From: Ancrocorticia sp.
Lineage (GTDB): Bacteria > Actinomycetota > Actinomycetes > Actinomycetales > Actinomycetaceae
Direction of reading: 5' to 3'
Assembly (NCBI GenBank): GCA_022648165.1
Contig: JALCLX010000003.1
Span: 180,467-244,466, forward strand
Length of the DNA: 64,000 bases
Position numbers and translations under genes: made by a program. Within the stretch, counting starts at the first letter, position 1, and every line of letters starts with the position of its first letter. Positions 44,570 through 53,859 of this stretch are shown here, piece after piece. The notes under the pieces were generated by a model. It was not told where the DNA came from and made no database searches. It saw nothing but the letters and a program-made list of their open reading frames with translations.

Positions 44570-45406
44570 CTAAACCAGGCGCGCGGTGTAGCGCGTCAAC
44601 GCAGGCTGCATCGCGTGGGTTCCTCGGCCTTCGCATCCCAGCTTCCAAGCCAGCTCGCTGTCTGTGACATAGCTGCCGGCAAGAAACCGAGCACTGCCAC
44701 GAAACACTTCCGGCGCGAACGGTACCGAAGGCCCTACCAGGTACACGTCCGCTCCGCGCGCCAACTCGAGCAGGCGGGGAAGCGTTTTGTTCGCCAACGT
44801 CATACCCGTGATGAAAACGGCGTCTACACCTGGCAGCACGTATTCGCATGCGGAATCGGGAAGATCGCCGGGCTGCTGCTGCCTTTCGATAACGGTCACA
44901 TGCGCCGCGTGCGCCAGCTCCTGCGCAGCGTGCGGGAAATGCCCAATCATCGCAGCTGAACGTCCCTGAAGCGTGGCGTCTGCTGCGGCAAAAACGCTTG
45001 CGCTCCCGTTATCCATTGTTATTGCGCCGCTCGTGCGCGCCTCCTTGATACGCGAGGCCGTGGTATACCAACTGTTCAAAGCTGCCGCACCTAAGCTCGC
45101 CTCCCGGAAGTCCCAGGACTTCACGAGCGCCGCAACGTCGCGCAACCCAACACCAACAACGTGCAGCCCAGCGCCACCAACACCGCGGAACCCAGCGCTA
45201 CCAACACCGCGGAGCGCATCATTCGCATCACCGGGTCTGCGCGCTGCCCTGTCTTCGCCGTCCGTTGACGTATCCGTGGTGGCGATGCCGCAGCCGCCCT
45301 GCGAATTCCACACTACAGAAACCGCTCCGCTGAGGGCGCGCTCTACCGTCACACTGGCTGGGATACCATCAACCAGTGCGTTGTAGATTTCCCACGGATC
45401 TTCCAT
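44570..45406 (-). CDS. DUF364/DUF4213-type Rossmann-like protein
   Basis: DPWEIYNALVDGIP..., ...AAMIGHFPH..., VDAVFITGMTLANKTLPRLLEL... Contains an in-frame Gly/Val-rich repeat insert. Confidence 0.6.
   Translation of the reverse strand: MEDPWEIYNALVDGIPASVTVERALSGAVSVVWNSQGGCGIATTDTSTDGEDRAARRPGDANDALRGVGSAGFRGVGGAGLHVVGVGLRDVAALVKSWDFREASLGAAALNSWYTTASRIKEARTSGAITMDNGSASVFAAADATLQGRSAAMIGHFPHAAQELAHAAHVTVIERQQQPGDLPDSACEYVLPGVDAVFITGMTLANKTLPRLLELARGADVYLVGPSVPFAPEVFRGSARFLAGSYVTDSELAWKLGCEGRGTHAMQPALTRYTARLV
45143..45214. repeat. three in-frame 24-nt tandem units inside the DUF364 gene (units 2 and 3 are 22/24 identical)
   Basis: CCCAGCGCCACCAACACCGCGGAA (45167-45190) / CCCAGCGCTACCAACACCGCGGAG (45191-45214), with a degenerate copy at 45143-45166. 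Encodes LRGVGSAG FRGVGGAG LHVVGVGL. Confidence 0.85.
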
Positions 45407-45466
45407 TATGAAAAATCTTTCGTTGTGAAGGCGCACCCCCGTGCAGACGCACGCTGCCTCATAACG

Positions 45467-46213
45467 CTATGCATAGTAGCGCAGGAATTCTTCGCCCAGC
45501 GGATGCCGCGCGGATTCTCCTTCCGCACCAGGCACGCCAGATTCGCGTCCCTCTGTTCTCAGTTTTTCACCAGCTGCATTGGCACGTTCGCACACAAATC
45601 CGAGCACCTTTTCCACGTCCTCGAACTGACTGAAATGGCAGGCTACGGCCTTCGTCTTGCGCTCCACATCGCATTGTGCAACGGGATTCACGAAATTTGG
45701 ATGCTGATGGCCTTGCAGCCATACCTCCCCAACGCGCCACGGTTCCAATCCCTGTTCCATCAGCTCAGGATAAGCAAAGGGATTGCGCGCGGCGGGATAG
45801 ATGGCCCGCACGGTAGCCTCACCGATCGCACGATGGTCCGGGTGGCTTGCCGCAACACTGTCCCAATTGTGTTCCGGATTCATTGTGAGAACCAGGTCCG
45901 GGCGATACGTGCGAATCTGCGCGACGACGTCGCGCACCAGATCCGCCGTCGGTTCCAAGAATCCATCACGGTATCCGTTCAAAAAGACGACGTGTGAGAT
46001 TCCTAGAGCGGCGGCGGCATCCAGCTGTTCTTGCCTGCGGATTTCGGTGATGCGCTCGTGGTCTCTGGCGGAATAGCCGCCAGCGTCTCCTAGCGTGGCC
46101 ACCACAATTGTTACCTCGGCACCCTGCGCTGCGAAACGGGCCAGGCTGGCGCCGGCGCCTACGTCAGCGTCGTCGGGATGTGCGTACACGCCAAGCACTC
46201 GTTGAAAAACCAT
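45467..46213 (-). CDS. PIG-L family deacetylase (MshB/LmbE-like)
   Basis: VLGVYAHPDDADVGAGASLARF...TLGDAGG and HPDH motifs. Confidence 0.8.
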   Translation of the reverse strand: MVFQRVLGVYAHPDDADVGAGASLARFAAQGAEVTIVVATLGDAGGYSARDHERITEIRRQEQLDAAAALGISHVVFLNGYRDGFLEPTADLVRDVVAQIRTYRPDLVLTMNPEHNWDSVAASHPDHRAIGEATVRAIYPAARNPFAYPELMEQGLEPWRVGEVWLQGHQHPNFVNPVAQCDVERKTKAVACHFSQFEDVEKVLGFVCERANAAGEKLRTEGRESGVPGAEGESARHPLGEEFLRYYA

Positions 46214-46252
46214 ATGGTTATTACTCCTTGCCCGCGGCGGCTCCGCCGAAAT

Positions 46253-47596
46253 CTATTCGTCCTTGATAACTGCGTTGCCGGCCTTTTGAGCTGCGGCCAC
46301 GCCTTCCTCCACGTCAGTGCGGCCCAAGAAGACTTCCTTCAGAACATCGTCCTGCGCCTCCATAGCTCCCTGGATCTTTGCGCCAAACGGAGCGCCGATC
46401 GTACCTTCGGAGAGCACGTCGACCAGCGGGCTTACATCAACTCCCTGGCCGGACCAGTACGTTGTCCATGTTTCCTGCACCTTCGTATTCGCGGGCAAGC
46501 CCACTCCGGTTTTCCCTAGCGCAGATGCACCTTCCGTGCCACCAATCCACTCCAGGAACTTCTTCTGCGCCGCAGCGTTCTGCGAATCCGCCGAACCAGC
46601 GGCCACCACAGAATTCGTTACGGAGATGCGCCCAGCCGGGCCTTTTGGCAGTTCCACGATTCCCCATTCGAAATCCGCACCGTCTTTGATGATCGCCAGG
46701 TTATAGGATCCCGTCTGGAACAAGGCCAGCTTGCCTTGGAGGAATTGGTCGCGGCTGAAATCGCCGTTATCGTTCGTATCAGCCGCGGACGGCGCCACGT
46801 GGTACTTGTTGATCAAGTCAACGATGTACTGGAAGGCCTGCACACCCTCGGTGGTATCAAAGTTGAGAAGCCCATCCTTATCCTGGTATTCCGCACCATT
46901 CGAACCCAGGAAGTTCAGGTAGATTGCCTGCGTATCCAGCGCGGCATTGTAGCCGTATTGCACCGTTTTATCCGCTTCGAATCCAGAATCTGCCGCGGTC
47001 TTTCCGTTGGAATCCACCGTCAGCTTCTCCGTGATCTCCCGTAGCGTGTCCGTATCGGCGTTGGGATCCCACGCGAGGTCCTTGAGCTCATCTACTGTCA
47101 CGCCCGCCTTATCGAGCAGCTCCTTGTTGTAGAACACGCCGATTCCCGAATCTGTGAGAGCAGGCACGCCGTACAGCGTACCGTCAACCGTGAACTGGTC
47201 GATGGCTGCCTGGAGCCAGCCGTCACGCTGATCGGAGGGTATCGCCTCATCAATATTGAGCAGCTTGCCGGCCTTCGCATAATCGTCATAGTTGGAGCTG
47301 TTGGTCCAAAACACGTCGGGCGCACTCCCTGCGGCAATGTCATTGCGCAACGTAGTCCAGTAATCGGCCCACGGCACCGTCTCAATATTCACAGTGATGC
47401 CAGTTTCCTTTTCAAAGGCTGGGAGGGCTTCTTTGTAGGCTTTCGCTGCCTGCTCATCCCAGAGGCGGAACGTAATCGAACCCCCTGTTTCAGATCCGCT
47501 GGAACTGCTGGTTCCCGTGGCGGAACCACCTGACGAGCATGCGGACAACGCGAGCATCGCCACGGCGATGCCCGCAGCAGCAATTTTACGGGACAT
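46253..47596 (-). CDS. sugar ABC transporter substrate-binding lipoprotein
   Basis: MSRKIAAAGIAVAMLALSACSSGG lipobox. Family 1 SBP body. ATG 47596 is preceded by AAGGAGAG. Confidence 0.85.
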   Translation of the reverse strand: MSRKIAAAGIAVAMLALSACSSGGSATGTSSSSGSETGGSITFRLWDEQAAKAYKEALPAFEKETGITVNIETVPWADYWTTLRNDIAAGSAPDVFWTNSSNYDDYAKAGKLLNIDEAIPSDQRDGWLQAAIDQFTVDGTLYGVPALTDSGIGVFYNKELLDKAGVTVDELKDLAWDPNADTDTLREITEKLTVDSNGKTAADSGFEADKTVQYGYNAALDTQAIYLNFLGSNGAEYQDKDGLLNFDTTEGVQAFQYIVDLINKYHVAPSAADTNDNGDFSRDQFLQGKLALFQTGSYNLAIIKDGADFEWGIVELPKGPAGRISVTNSVVAAGSADSQNAAAQKKFLEWIGGTEGASALGKTGVGLPANTKVQETWTTYWSGQGVDVSPLVDVLSEGTIGAPFGAKIQGAMEAQDDVLKEVFLGRTDVEEGVAAAQKAGNAVIKDE

Positions 47597-47615
47597 TGTC
47601 TCTCCTTTACCATGT

Positions 47616-47667
47616 GCTGTGATTGTGTGGAAAAGCTCTGCTGTGATTGTGTGGAAAAGCTCTGCTG
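47616..47667. repeat. perfect 24-nt tandem duplication (2.2 copies) GCTGTGATTGTGTGGAAAAGCTCT
   Basis: Read directly. Lies in the 74-nt spacer between the permease stop (47671) and the SBP start (47596). Confidence 0.95.
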
Positions 47668-47670
47668 AGG

Positions 47671-48531
47671 TTACTTCATTCCCGTGAGCGCGATTGAACC
47701 GACGATCTGTTTTTGGAACAGTAGGAACACGATGATTAACGGAACCAATGCCAGTGTGGTTGCCGCCATCACCAGTGTCCAGTTCGCGTTGTACTGGGTC
47801 TGCAACGTTGCTGTGGCCACCGTGATCATCTGCGGATGCTGGTTTGCAATGATGCGTGGCCACATGAAGGAATTCCACTGGCTCACCACCGTGATCAGAG
47901 TCAGTGTAGCAAGGATTGGCGTAGACATGGGTGCCACAATGCGCGTCAGAATCTTCACTGGCCCTGCGCCGTCAAGGCGCGCCGCGTCAATAATGTCCTG
48001 CGGGATGCCCCGGAAACTTTCCCGCAGCAGGAACACCGCATAAGGCGAAGCGAACATGAAAGGAATAACGATCCCCCAAAAAGTATTGTTCATACCCATT
48101 TTCGCCATCATCAAGTAAAGCGGAATCACCAATACGGTGGCTGGAATCATCATGGTGGAAAGGAACAACCAAAAGATGAGGTCACGCCCAGGAAACTGGA
48201 GGCGCGCAAATGCATATGCAGCAAATACTGACGAAGTGACCTGCCCTATCACCATCACGATCACCACAAGCAGCGTAGTGATGATTGCGGCGCCAAAGTT
48301 GTGCTCGCCTCCCAGAATCGTAGAGAAGTTTTCCAACGTCCAGGCCTCAGGCAGCGCAAATGGAGAATGTGTGGCGAAGTCTTTCGGAGTTTTGAAAGCC
48401 GTCATAAAACTGAACAGGAAGGGGAAAGCCATAATCGCGGCCGCCACGGTGAGCCCGGCATAGATCCCGATGCGCCCGATTATGCTAATGTGGCCCACGG
48501 CCGCCGATTCGCTAGTATCAGACGAACTCAT
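47671..48531 (-). CDS. carbohydrate ABC transporter permease (MalG-like)
   Basis: 6-TM layout with the EAA loop ...DIIDAARLDGAGPVKILTRIVAP... Confidence 0.85.
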   Translation of the reverse strand: MSSSDTSESAAVGHISIIGRIGIYAGLTVAAAIMAFPFLFSFMTAFKTPKDFATHSPFALPEAWTLENFSTILGGEHNFGAAIITTLLVVIVMVIGQVTSSVFAAYAFARLQFPGRDLIFWLFLSTMMIPATVLVIPLYLMMAKMGMNNTFWGIVIPFMFASPYAVFLLRESFRGIPQDIIDAARLDGAGPVKILTRIVAPMSTPILATLTLITVVSQWNSFMWPRIIANQHPQMITVATATLQTQYNANWTLVMAATTLALVPLIIVFLLFQKQIVGSIALTGMK

Positions 48532-49423
48532 ACGTTGTCCGCCTCCTAAAATACAGATTCTGCGCAAACGTGAAAATCAGCAAGATCACCATCATTGCCA
48601 GTGCCATCACGGACGCCCGGCCAATGTTCCAATTGGTAAACGCCTCAGTGTAGATCCGATACGCTAAAACGTCGGTTGCGCCAGCCGGCCCACCCTTAGT
48701 GAGCGCATACACCTGATCGAAGATGTTGAACACGGCGATTACAGACGTCACAGACACGAAGAAGAACGTGGGCCGCAGCAGCGGCACCTTGATGTACCAG
48801 AATGCCTGCCGGCTACTCGCCCCGTCGATATAAGCCGCCTCCAACAGCTCCCGCGGAATGGAGAGCAAGCCCGCGATGAAGAACAGAGACGTATAACCCA
48901 CGTTATTCCAGATGATCACGAAGGCAACGGCCACCAACGCCCAGTGCGGATCCACAAGTATTTCCAGGCGTCTGCCCGCGATTGCAGAGAGCAGGCCGCC
49001 GGTTGGCGCGAAGATCCACGACCACACCACGCCAAGCGCTAGCGGTGCCGAAATCCATGGAATCACGATGAGCGCGCGAAACACCGTGGTGCCTCGGAGC
49101 CCCTTCGTGAGCAGATTGGCAAGCAACAAGCCAAGCGCAATTTCGATGGGCACCACTAGTAGTACGAGTAGCAGCGTTACTTTCAACGAATTCAGGAACA
49201 CCGGATCGCCCAACACGTCCGTAATTTGCTCGAAGCCCACGTACTTGGCCGGACTGATCATGTCCCATTTGTGCACAGTGAGCCACAGGATTATCAGTAC
49301 GGGGATCAGCATGTAAAGTATCACGCCCAGGAAGCTGGGCGTCAAAAATGCGTACCCTGTCACCGCCTCCTGCACGCGTAAGCGTGAAAGCCTGCGCTCC
49401 GGCTTCGTTTTCACCGACGTCAT
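48518..49423 (-). CDS. carbohydrate ABC transporter permease (MalF-like)
   Basis: EAA loop ...ELLEAAYIDGASSRQAFWYIKVPLL... Confidence 0.85.
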   Translation of the reverse strand: MTSVKTKPERRLSRLRVQEAVTGYAFLTPSFLGVILYMLIPVLIILWLTVHKWDMISPAKYVGFEQITDVLGDPVFLNSLKVTLLLVLLVVPIEIALGLLLANLLTKGLRGTTVFRALIVIPWISAPLALGVVWSWIFAPTGGLLSAIAGRRLEILVDPHWALVAVAFVIIWNNVGYTSLFFIAGLLSIPRELLEAAYIDGASSRQAFWYIKVPLLRPTFFFVSVTSVIAVFNIFDQVYALTKGGPAGATDVLAYRIYTEAFTNWNIGRASVMALAMMVILLIFTFAQNLYFRRRTTYEFV

Positions 49424-49433
49424 CGCACGCACC

Positions 49434-50786
49434 TCACCTCTCAAAAACTGCCGCCACTTCCGGGATACGCTCGCAGTACTCATCCAGGATCTGCCGCGCC
49501 TGCACCACCGAATCAACCAACGGATGAAGAGCGATTGCCTGCCACGCCGCGGCGCGATCCTTCGCTATCACCGCCTGGATTACCGCGGATTCGCACGCTT
49601 TCACCTGCGCTATCAAACCTAGCTGCGCTCCTTCCACCGGTGCGATTGCACATGGCACGGGGCCACTGCTATCCACAGTGCACGGAATTTCGACGACGGC
49701 GTCGTCGGCCAGCGCCGGTATCACCCGGGCGCCGGCATGCGCGTTCGCCACATTCAGGATCATGCGCCGTGAAGGCCCACCGGAAAGCGCACTCATCACA
49801 TTGAGTGCCACCTCCTGGTATCCGCCAGTTGTGTCCGCGGCACGCCGCGCACCGTCATGGGCCACATCACGAGCCTCCGCCATGTACGTCTCCTCACGCT
49901 GGGCATGCGCGGCCTGCCACAGTTCCCACGCGTGCGGCAGATCGGCTGCGGCCCGCGCATAGAAGGCCTCCTGCTGGCGCGCCAGAAACTGGCCGCGCGT
50001 GTTTTTCTGCGCTCTGATCTGTGCCACGGCCTCACGATTGCGGTAGTAATAGAACAGGTATTCATTCGGGATAACGCCAAGGGCGCGCACCCATTCGCGT
50101 CCGATTAGGCGCGTCTCTTCGATCTGATCCAGCAACGCATCGCTTTCCAACAGTGTAGGCAGAAGCTCCTTGCCTCCGTGCGATACACTGCGCAACCAGC
50201 CCAGATGGTTGAGCCCCACATAGTCGTAATCCAATTCCTCTTCAGGGATCTGAAGGGCCCGGGCCACGCGGGTCACTAACCCGATCGGCGTGTCACAGAT
50301 CCCAATCACGCGCTGTCCAAACACCGTGCGCATCGCCTGCGTAATGATGCCTGCTGGGTTCGTGAAATTGACTACCCACGCGCCAGGGGCCTCACGTGCA
50401 ACGGTACGTGCCAGTTCTAGCGCCACTGGAATCGTGCGCAACGCATACGAATAACCACCCGGGCCAACCGTCTCCTGGCCCAGAATGCCATGGCTCAACG
50501 GCACCAATTCGTCCGTCACACGCTCGCCGGTGCCACCCACGCGGATAGCGGAGAAAACGAAATCCGCTCCCCGCACGGCTTCGGCGATGCTCCCCGCCGC
50601 CGTGATCTGCGGTTCACGCGCCACCCGCATCTGCTTCAGCACAGCCATCATGACGCGCAAACGCTGCTCTGAGACGTCATATAGGCACAGTTCGGTCACG
50701 TCAATCTGCCCAGCAGGCCGCTGTGCGATCGCCTCCAAAAGCTGCGGGACTCGAAAACCGCCACCGCCAACCAGCGTCAATTTCAT
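49434..50786 (-). CDS. glycoside hydrolase family 4 (NAD/Mn-dependent 6-phospho-glycosidase-like)
   Basis: MKLTLVGGGGFRVPQL Rossmann N-terminus, NFTNPAG, VIGICDTPIG typical of GH4. Confidence 0.8.
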   Translation of the reverse strand: MKLTLVGGGGFRVPQLLEAIAQRPAGQIDVTELCLYDVSEQRLRVMMAVLKQMRVAREPQITAAGSIAEAVRGADFVFSAIRVGGTGERVTDELVPLSHGILGQETVGPGGYSYALRTIPVALELARTVAREAPGAWVVNFTNPAGIITQAMRTVFGQRVIGICDTPIGLVTRVARALQIPEEELDYDYVGLNHLGWLRSVSHGGKELLPTLLESDALLDQIEETRLIGREWVRALGVIPNEYLFYYYRNREAVAQIRAQKNTRGQFLARQQEAFYARAAADLPHAWELWQAAHAQREETYMAEARDVAHDGARRAADTTGGYQEVALNVMSALSGGPSRRMILNVANAHAGARVIPALADDAVVEIPCTVDSSGPVPCAIAPVEGAQLGLIAQVKACESAVIQAVIAKDRAAAWQAIALHPLVDSVVQARQILDEYCERIPEVAAVFER

Positions 50787-50843
50787 CTGGACAACCTTCC
50801 CTGCCCCATGATCCTCCCAGTGTAATGCCGGCCAGTTTCCATC

Positions 50844-50891
50844 TACTTAAATGGTGCCATCCGCATGTACTTAAATGGTGCCATCCGCATG
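50844..50891. repeat. perfect 24-nt tandem duplication TACTTAAATGGTGCCATCCGCATG x2
   Basis: Read directly. Lies in the 195-nt divergent GH4/PfkB control region. Each unit carries the small inverted repeat ATGG-TG-CCAT. Confidence 0.95.
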
Positions 50892-50981
50892 CCTCTAAGC
50901 TGGCATTTTGCAACATTTCCCACTGTGATGTCCTCTCCGATACGTGATATATGCTGGCATTATCGATTCTGAGGAGGACAC

Positions 50982-51878
50982 GTGGACAATCCCGCCACCG
51001 CCGTAGTGGTTGGCCCACTATTCCTAGACGTCACGTTCGGACCACTTCCGCATGTACCAGCTCCCGGTGAAGAGCTCTGGTGCTCAGGATGCACCGTCAC
51101 GGCAGGCGGCGCCGCCAATCAGGCCCGGGCACTGGCGCGCCTAGGTGTGAATGTCAGGTTGCGTTCTTTTGTGGGCCAGGATCCTCCCGGCCACCTGGCG
51201 CGTGCATTATTGCGCCAGGACGGCGTTGGGCTGTCCGATTTAGAACCCACGGCATATCAAGCCATCACGGCTACACTCAGTACTCCGGAAGACCGTGCCA
51301 TGGTTTCCTCCGGTCTCAATAGTGCGCCTGCACTGGTGGCACCGCGGCCGGACCTGCTTGTGGCAGATCTTCGCGCGATCGCCAAGAACCTGGCACTGGT
51401 ACAACAATGGCGCGCGGCCGGCACGCGCGTGATTGGCGACGTGGGATGGGACGATTCAGGCAGGTGGGACAGCACGGATCTCGATCCGCTTAGTGCCGTT
51501 GACATATTCACTCCGAACGCGGCAGAAGCCTGCCACTACACGCGCACTGATTCCCCGCCTGAGGCAGCGAACATCCTTGCGCGCCGCGTTCCCACAGCGA
51601 TCGTGACGTGTGGTGCAGCCGGTCTGGTTGCCGCTGGAGTTGGCGGCGGCTTTACCTTTCCTGCCTTCCCCGTGCATACACTGGACAGCACAGGGGCCGG
51701 AGATGCCTTCTCCGCAACATTGGGCGCAGCGCTGCTCCAGGGTGAGCCGCTGCGGCGCGCTGTCTACTATGCGAACGCGGCTGCTGCGATAAGTACAGAA
51801 TCGCTTGGAGCGGCAGGCAGCCCCACGTGGCCAGAGATCATGGCACGCATCGGCGCCTCCCAGCGAAATGAGGAATGA
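50982..51878 (+). CDS. PfkB-family carbohydrate kinase
   Basis: C-terminal DSTGAGDAFSATLGAAL signature. GTG 50982 is preceded by GAGGAGGA. Confidence 0.8.
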   Translation: MDNPATAVVVGPLFLDVTFGPLPHVPAPGEELWCSGCTVTAGGAANQARALARLGVNVRLRSFVGQDPPGHLARALLRQDGVGLSDLEPTAYQAITATLSTPEDRAMVSSGLNSAPALVAPRPDLLVADLRAIAKNLALVQQWRAAGTRVIGDVGWDDSGRWDSTDLDPLSAVDIFTPNAAEACHYTRTDSPPEAANILARRVPTAIVTCGAAGLVAAGVGGGFTFPAFPVHTLDSTGAGDAFSATLGAALLQGEPLRRAVYYANAAAAISTESLGAAGSPTWPEIMARIGASQRNEE

Positions 51879-51879
51879 C

Positions 51880-52830
51880 ATGAGCACAACTCAAGCAGGA
51901 ACAGATCGCCAGCCAGCGCACGCACAGCGGATCGTGATAGCGGGAGCTTCCGGGACTATCGGCCGTGCGCTCGTTCGCTCCTTGCAAGCCGACGGCGTCA
52001 CTGCCATACGCCTGGTTCGCCGTCCGGTAGCAGCCCCAGACGAGGCGGAGTGGCATCCAGAAAACGGAGAACTGGACCCTGGGGTACTTGCGGGCGCTAA
52101 CGCCGTCGTCAATCTCTCCGGTGCCACAATCGGGCGGCTGCCGTGGACCAGTGCGTACCGCAATCAGCTCTTCAATTCCAGGCTGCTTCCTACGCGCACG
52201 ATCGCGCAGGCCCTCGCCGCTCTCGGCTCCGCAGCCCCAGCGCTAGTTTCCGCCTCCGCGGTGGGCATCTACGGGAGCCAGCCGGGTGTCCCACTCACCG
52301 AATCAGGCGCTGTAGGCGAAACATTTCTTGCCCGGCTGGCCGATTCATGGGAACAAGAGGCACGTCCGGCTGCAGAAGTGACACGTGTGGCATTCTTGCG
52401 CACCGCACCTCTCATGGACTTTGGGGGCTTGCTGAAGCCACTACACATGCTCACCGCGTGCGGCATCTCCGGGCCACTAGGAACCGGAAACCAAGTTTGG
52501 CCTTGGATTTCCCTGATTGACGAGGTGCGCGCGATTCGTCACATCATTGATACGGGCATGTCCGGGCCGGTGAATCTGGCAGCTCCCGAACGCGTCACGG
52601 CCCGCCAGATCGGCCAGGAACTGGCCCACCAATTACACCGCCCCTATCTGCTCCCCGCTCCAGCACCTGCGCTTCGCGCAATTTTGGGAACGGATCCGGC
52701 GGAGTCTCTTCTGCTTTCGGACGCCTACGTTGTTCCAGACGCCCTGGTGAGCTCCGGCTTCAGCTACATTTACCCCACAATGCCGAACGCACTAAAAGCT
52801 GCACTGGCTCACCGGATGAATTACGCCTAA
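51880..52830 (+). CDS. TIGR01777/YfcH-type NAD-dependent epimerase-like protein (SDR with DUF1731 tail)
   Basis: IVIAGASGTIGRALV Rossmann motif and overall length/layout. Confidence 0.7.
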   Translation: MSTTQAGTDRQPAHAQRIVIAGASGTIGRALVRSLQADGVTAIRLVRRPVAAPDEAEWHPENGELDPGVLAGANAVVNLSGATIGRLPWTSAYRNQLFNSRLLPTRTIAQALAALGSAAPALVSASAVGIYGSQPGVPLTESGAVGETFLARLADSWEQEARPAAEVTRVAFLRTAPLMDFGGLLKPLHMLTACGISGPLGTGNQVWPWISLIDEVRAIRHIIDTGMSGPVNLAAPERVTARQIGQELAHQLHRPYLLPAPAPALRAILGTDPAESLLLSDAYVVPDALVSSGFSYIYPTMPNALKAALAHRMNYA

Positions 52831-52834
52831 ACCT

Positions 52835-52872
52835 GGGCCAAGCTCCAACAATCGGGCCCAGCTCCAACAAGA
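52835..52872. repeat. 19-nt tandem duplication (16/19) GGGCCAAGCTCCAACAATC / GGGCCCAGCTCCAACAAGA
   Basis: Read directly, in a convergent intergenic spacer. Confidence 0.85.
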
Positions 52873-52896
52873 GAGACAGAATTCACCACACACGCA

Positions 52897-53757
52897 TCAT
52901 GGGTGCGCCAGGATTTCCGTGTGCGGAATCAGGAAGAATGCATCCTGGCTCTTTGCCCATTCGCGCCATCCTCTCGCAAGCCTCGCGACGTCGTCCTTAT
53001 CCAAGCCGACGTCGCGTGCCTCACGCCGAAATGTTTCGCTTTCCACGCGCTGCGCCTGGCTCTCCCCCCACCAGGCGCACGATTCTGCATCCGCATAGCA
53101 CCAGGTAGTTACAGTGATGCGTGCGTTGCGCAGCCCAGCTGCATTTGCCCACGCGCGCATGTGCCGGCCCGCATCAGGCTCTCCGCCGTTACCCATAGCG
53201 ATAACCCGATACACGTCGCGCCACTCTGCAACCGCTGGAATATCCGGATACCAACTCATAGCACCATAATCAGCATCCCGCGCAGCAACCCACCCGCCAG
53301 GCCGGCACACCCGCGCCATCTCGCGCAATGCGCGCACCGGATCTGATACGTGTTGTAGCACTTGGTGGGCATGCACCACATCAAATGAGTCCTCAGGATA
53401 AGGGAGATCTAGAACGTCCGCAAATTCAAAGCGCGTTGTGACGTTTCCACGTTTTGCCGCATTCGCACGCGCGGTGGCAAATGGCGCCTGTGAATTTTCA
53501 ATACCAACAACGGTGCCCGGCGCAACTTTCTCCGCCAAATCCAACGTCAGCGTGCCTGGGCCGAATCCCACATCAAGGAGGTTCATGCCTGGGTAGAGAT
53601 GATCAAGAAGGTAGGCAGCCGAATTCGTTGCCGTCCGGCGCGAGTGCGCAGCCAACACTGGCGCTTCATGGCCGTGGGTGTAGTGTCCCCGGCCGTGTCC
53701 CGGCTCGTTCTGGCCGAATGTGAGCCGCCCGTGGGCGACGTCGTCGTCGAAAGTCAT
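52897..53757 (-). CDS. class I SAM-dependent methyltransferase (small-molecule type)
   Basis: NLLDVGFGPGTLTLDLAE motif I, ...FDVVHAHQVLQHV... Confidence 0.75.
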   Translation of the reverse strand: MTFDDDVAHGRLTFGQNEPGHGRGHYTHGHEAPVLAAHSRRTATNSAAYLLDHLYPGMNLLDVGFGPGTLTLDLAEKVAPGTVVGIENSQAPFATARANAAKRGNVTTRFEFADVLDLPYPEDSFDVVHAHQVLQHVSDPVRALREMARVCRPGGWVAARDADYGAMSWYPDIPAVAEWRDVYRVIAMGNGGEPDAGRHMRAWANAAGLRNARITVTTWCYADAESCAWWGESQAQRVESETFRREARDVGLDKDDVARLARGWREWAKSQDAFFLIPHTEILAHP

Positions 53758-53859
53758 GTCGCAATCATAGAACGACCATTGTTTCTAGTGGATAACAGAA
53801 ACAGAATTACATGCGTGAATGTTAGTGTAGAGAGCCTGAAAGGAAGAAAAGGAGTACCA

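Noticed and set aside
46253-47878. A 541-aa ORF call that extends the sugar-binding protein 94 codons upstream.
   Set aside because: The extension crosses the permease gene end and the 24-nt tandem repeat. The lipoprotein signal peptide with a strong RBS begins at ATG 47596.
47616-50891. Perfect 24-nt direct repeats that could be taken for CRISPR repeats.
   Set aside because: Each site has only two adjacent copies with no spacers between them. The unit sequences differ between sites, and no cas genes are present.
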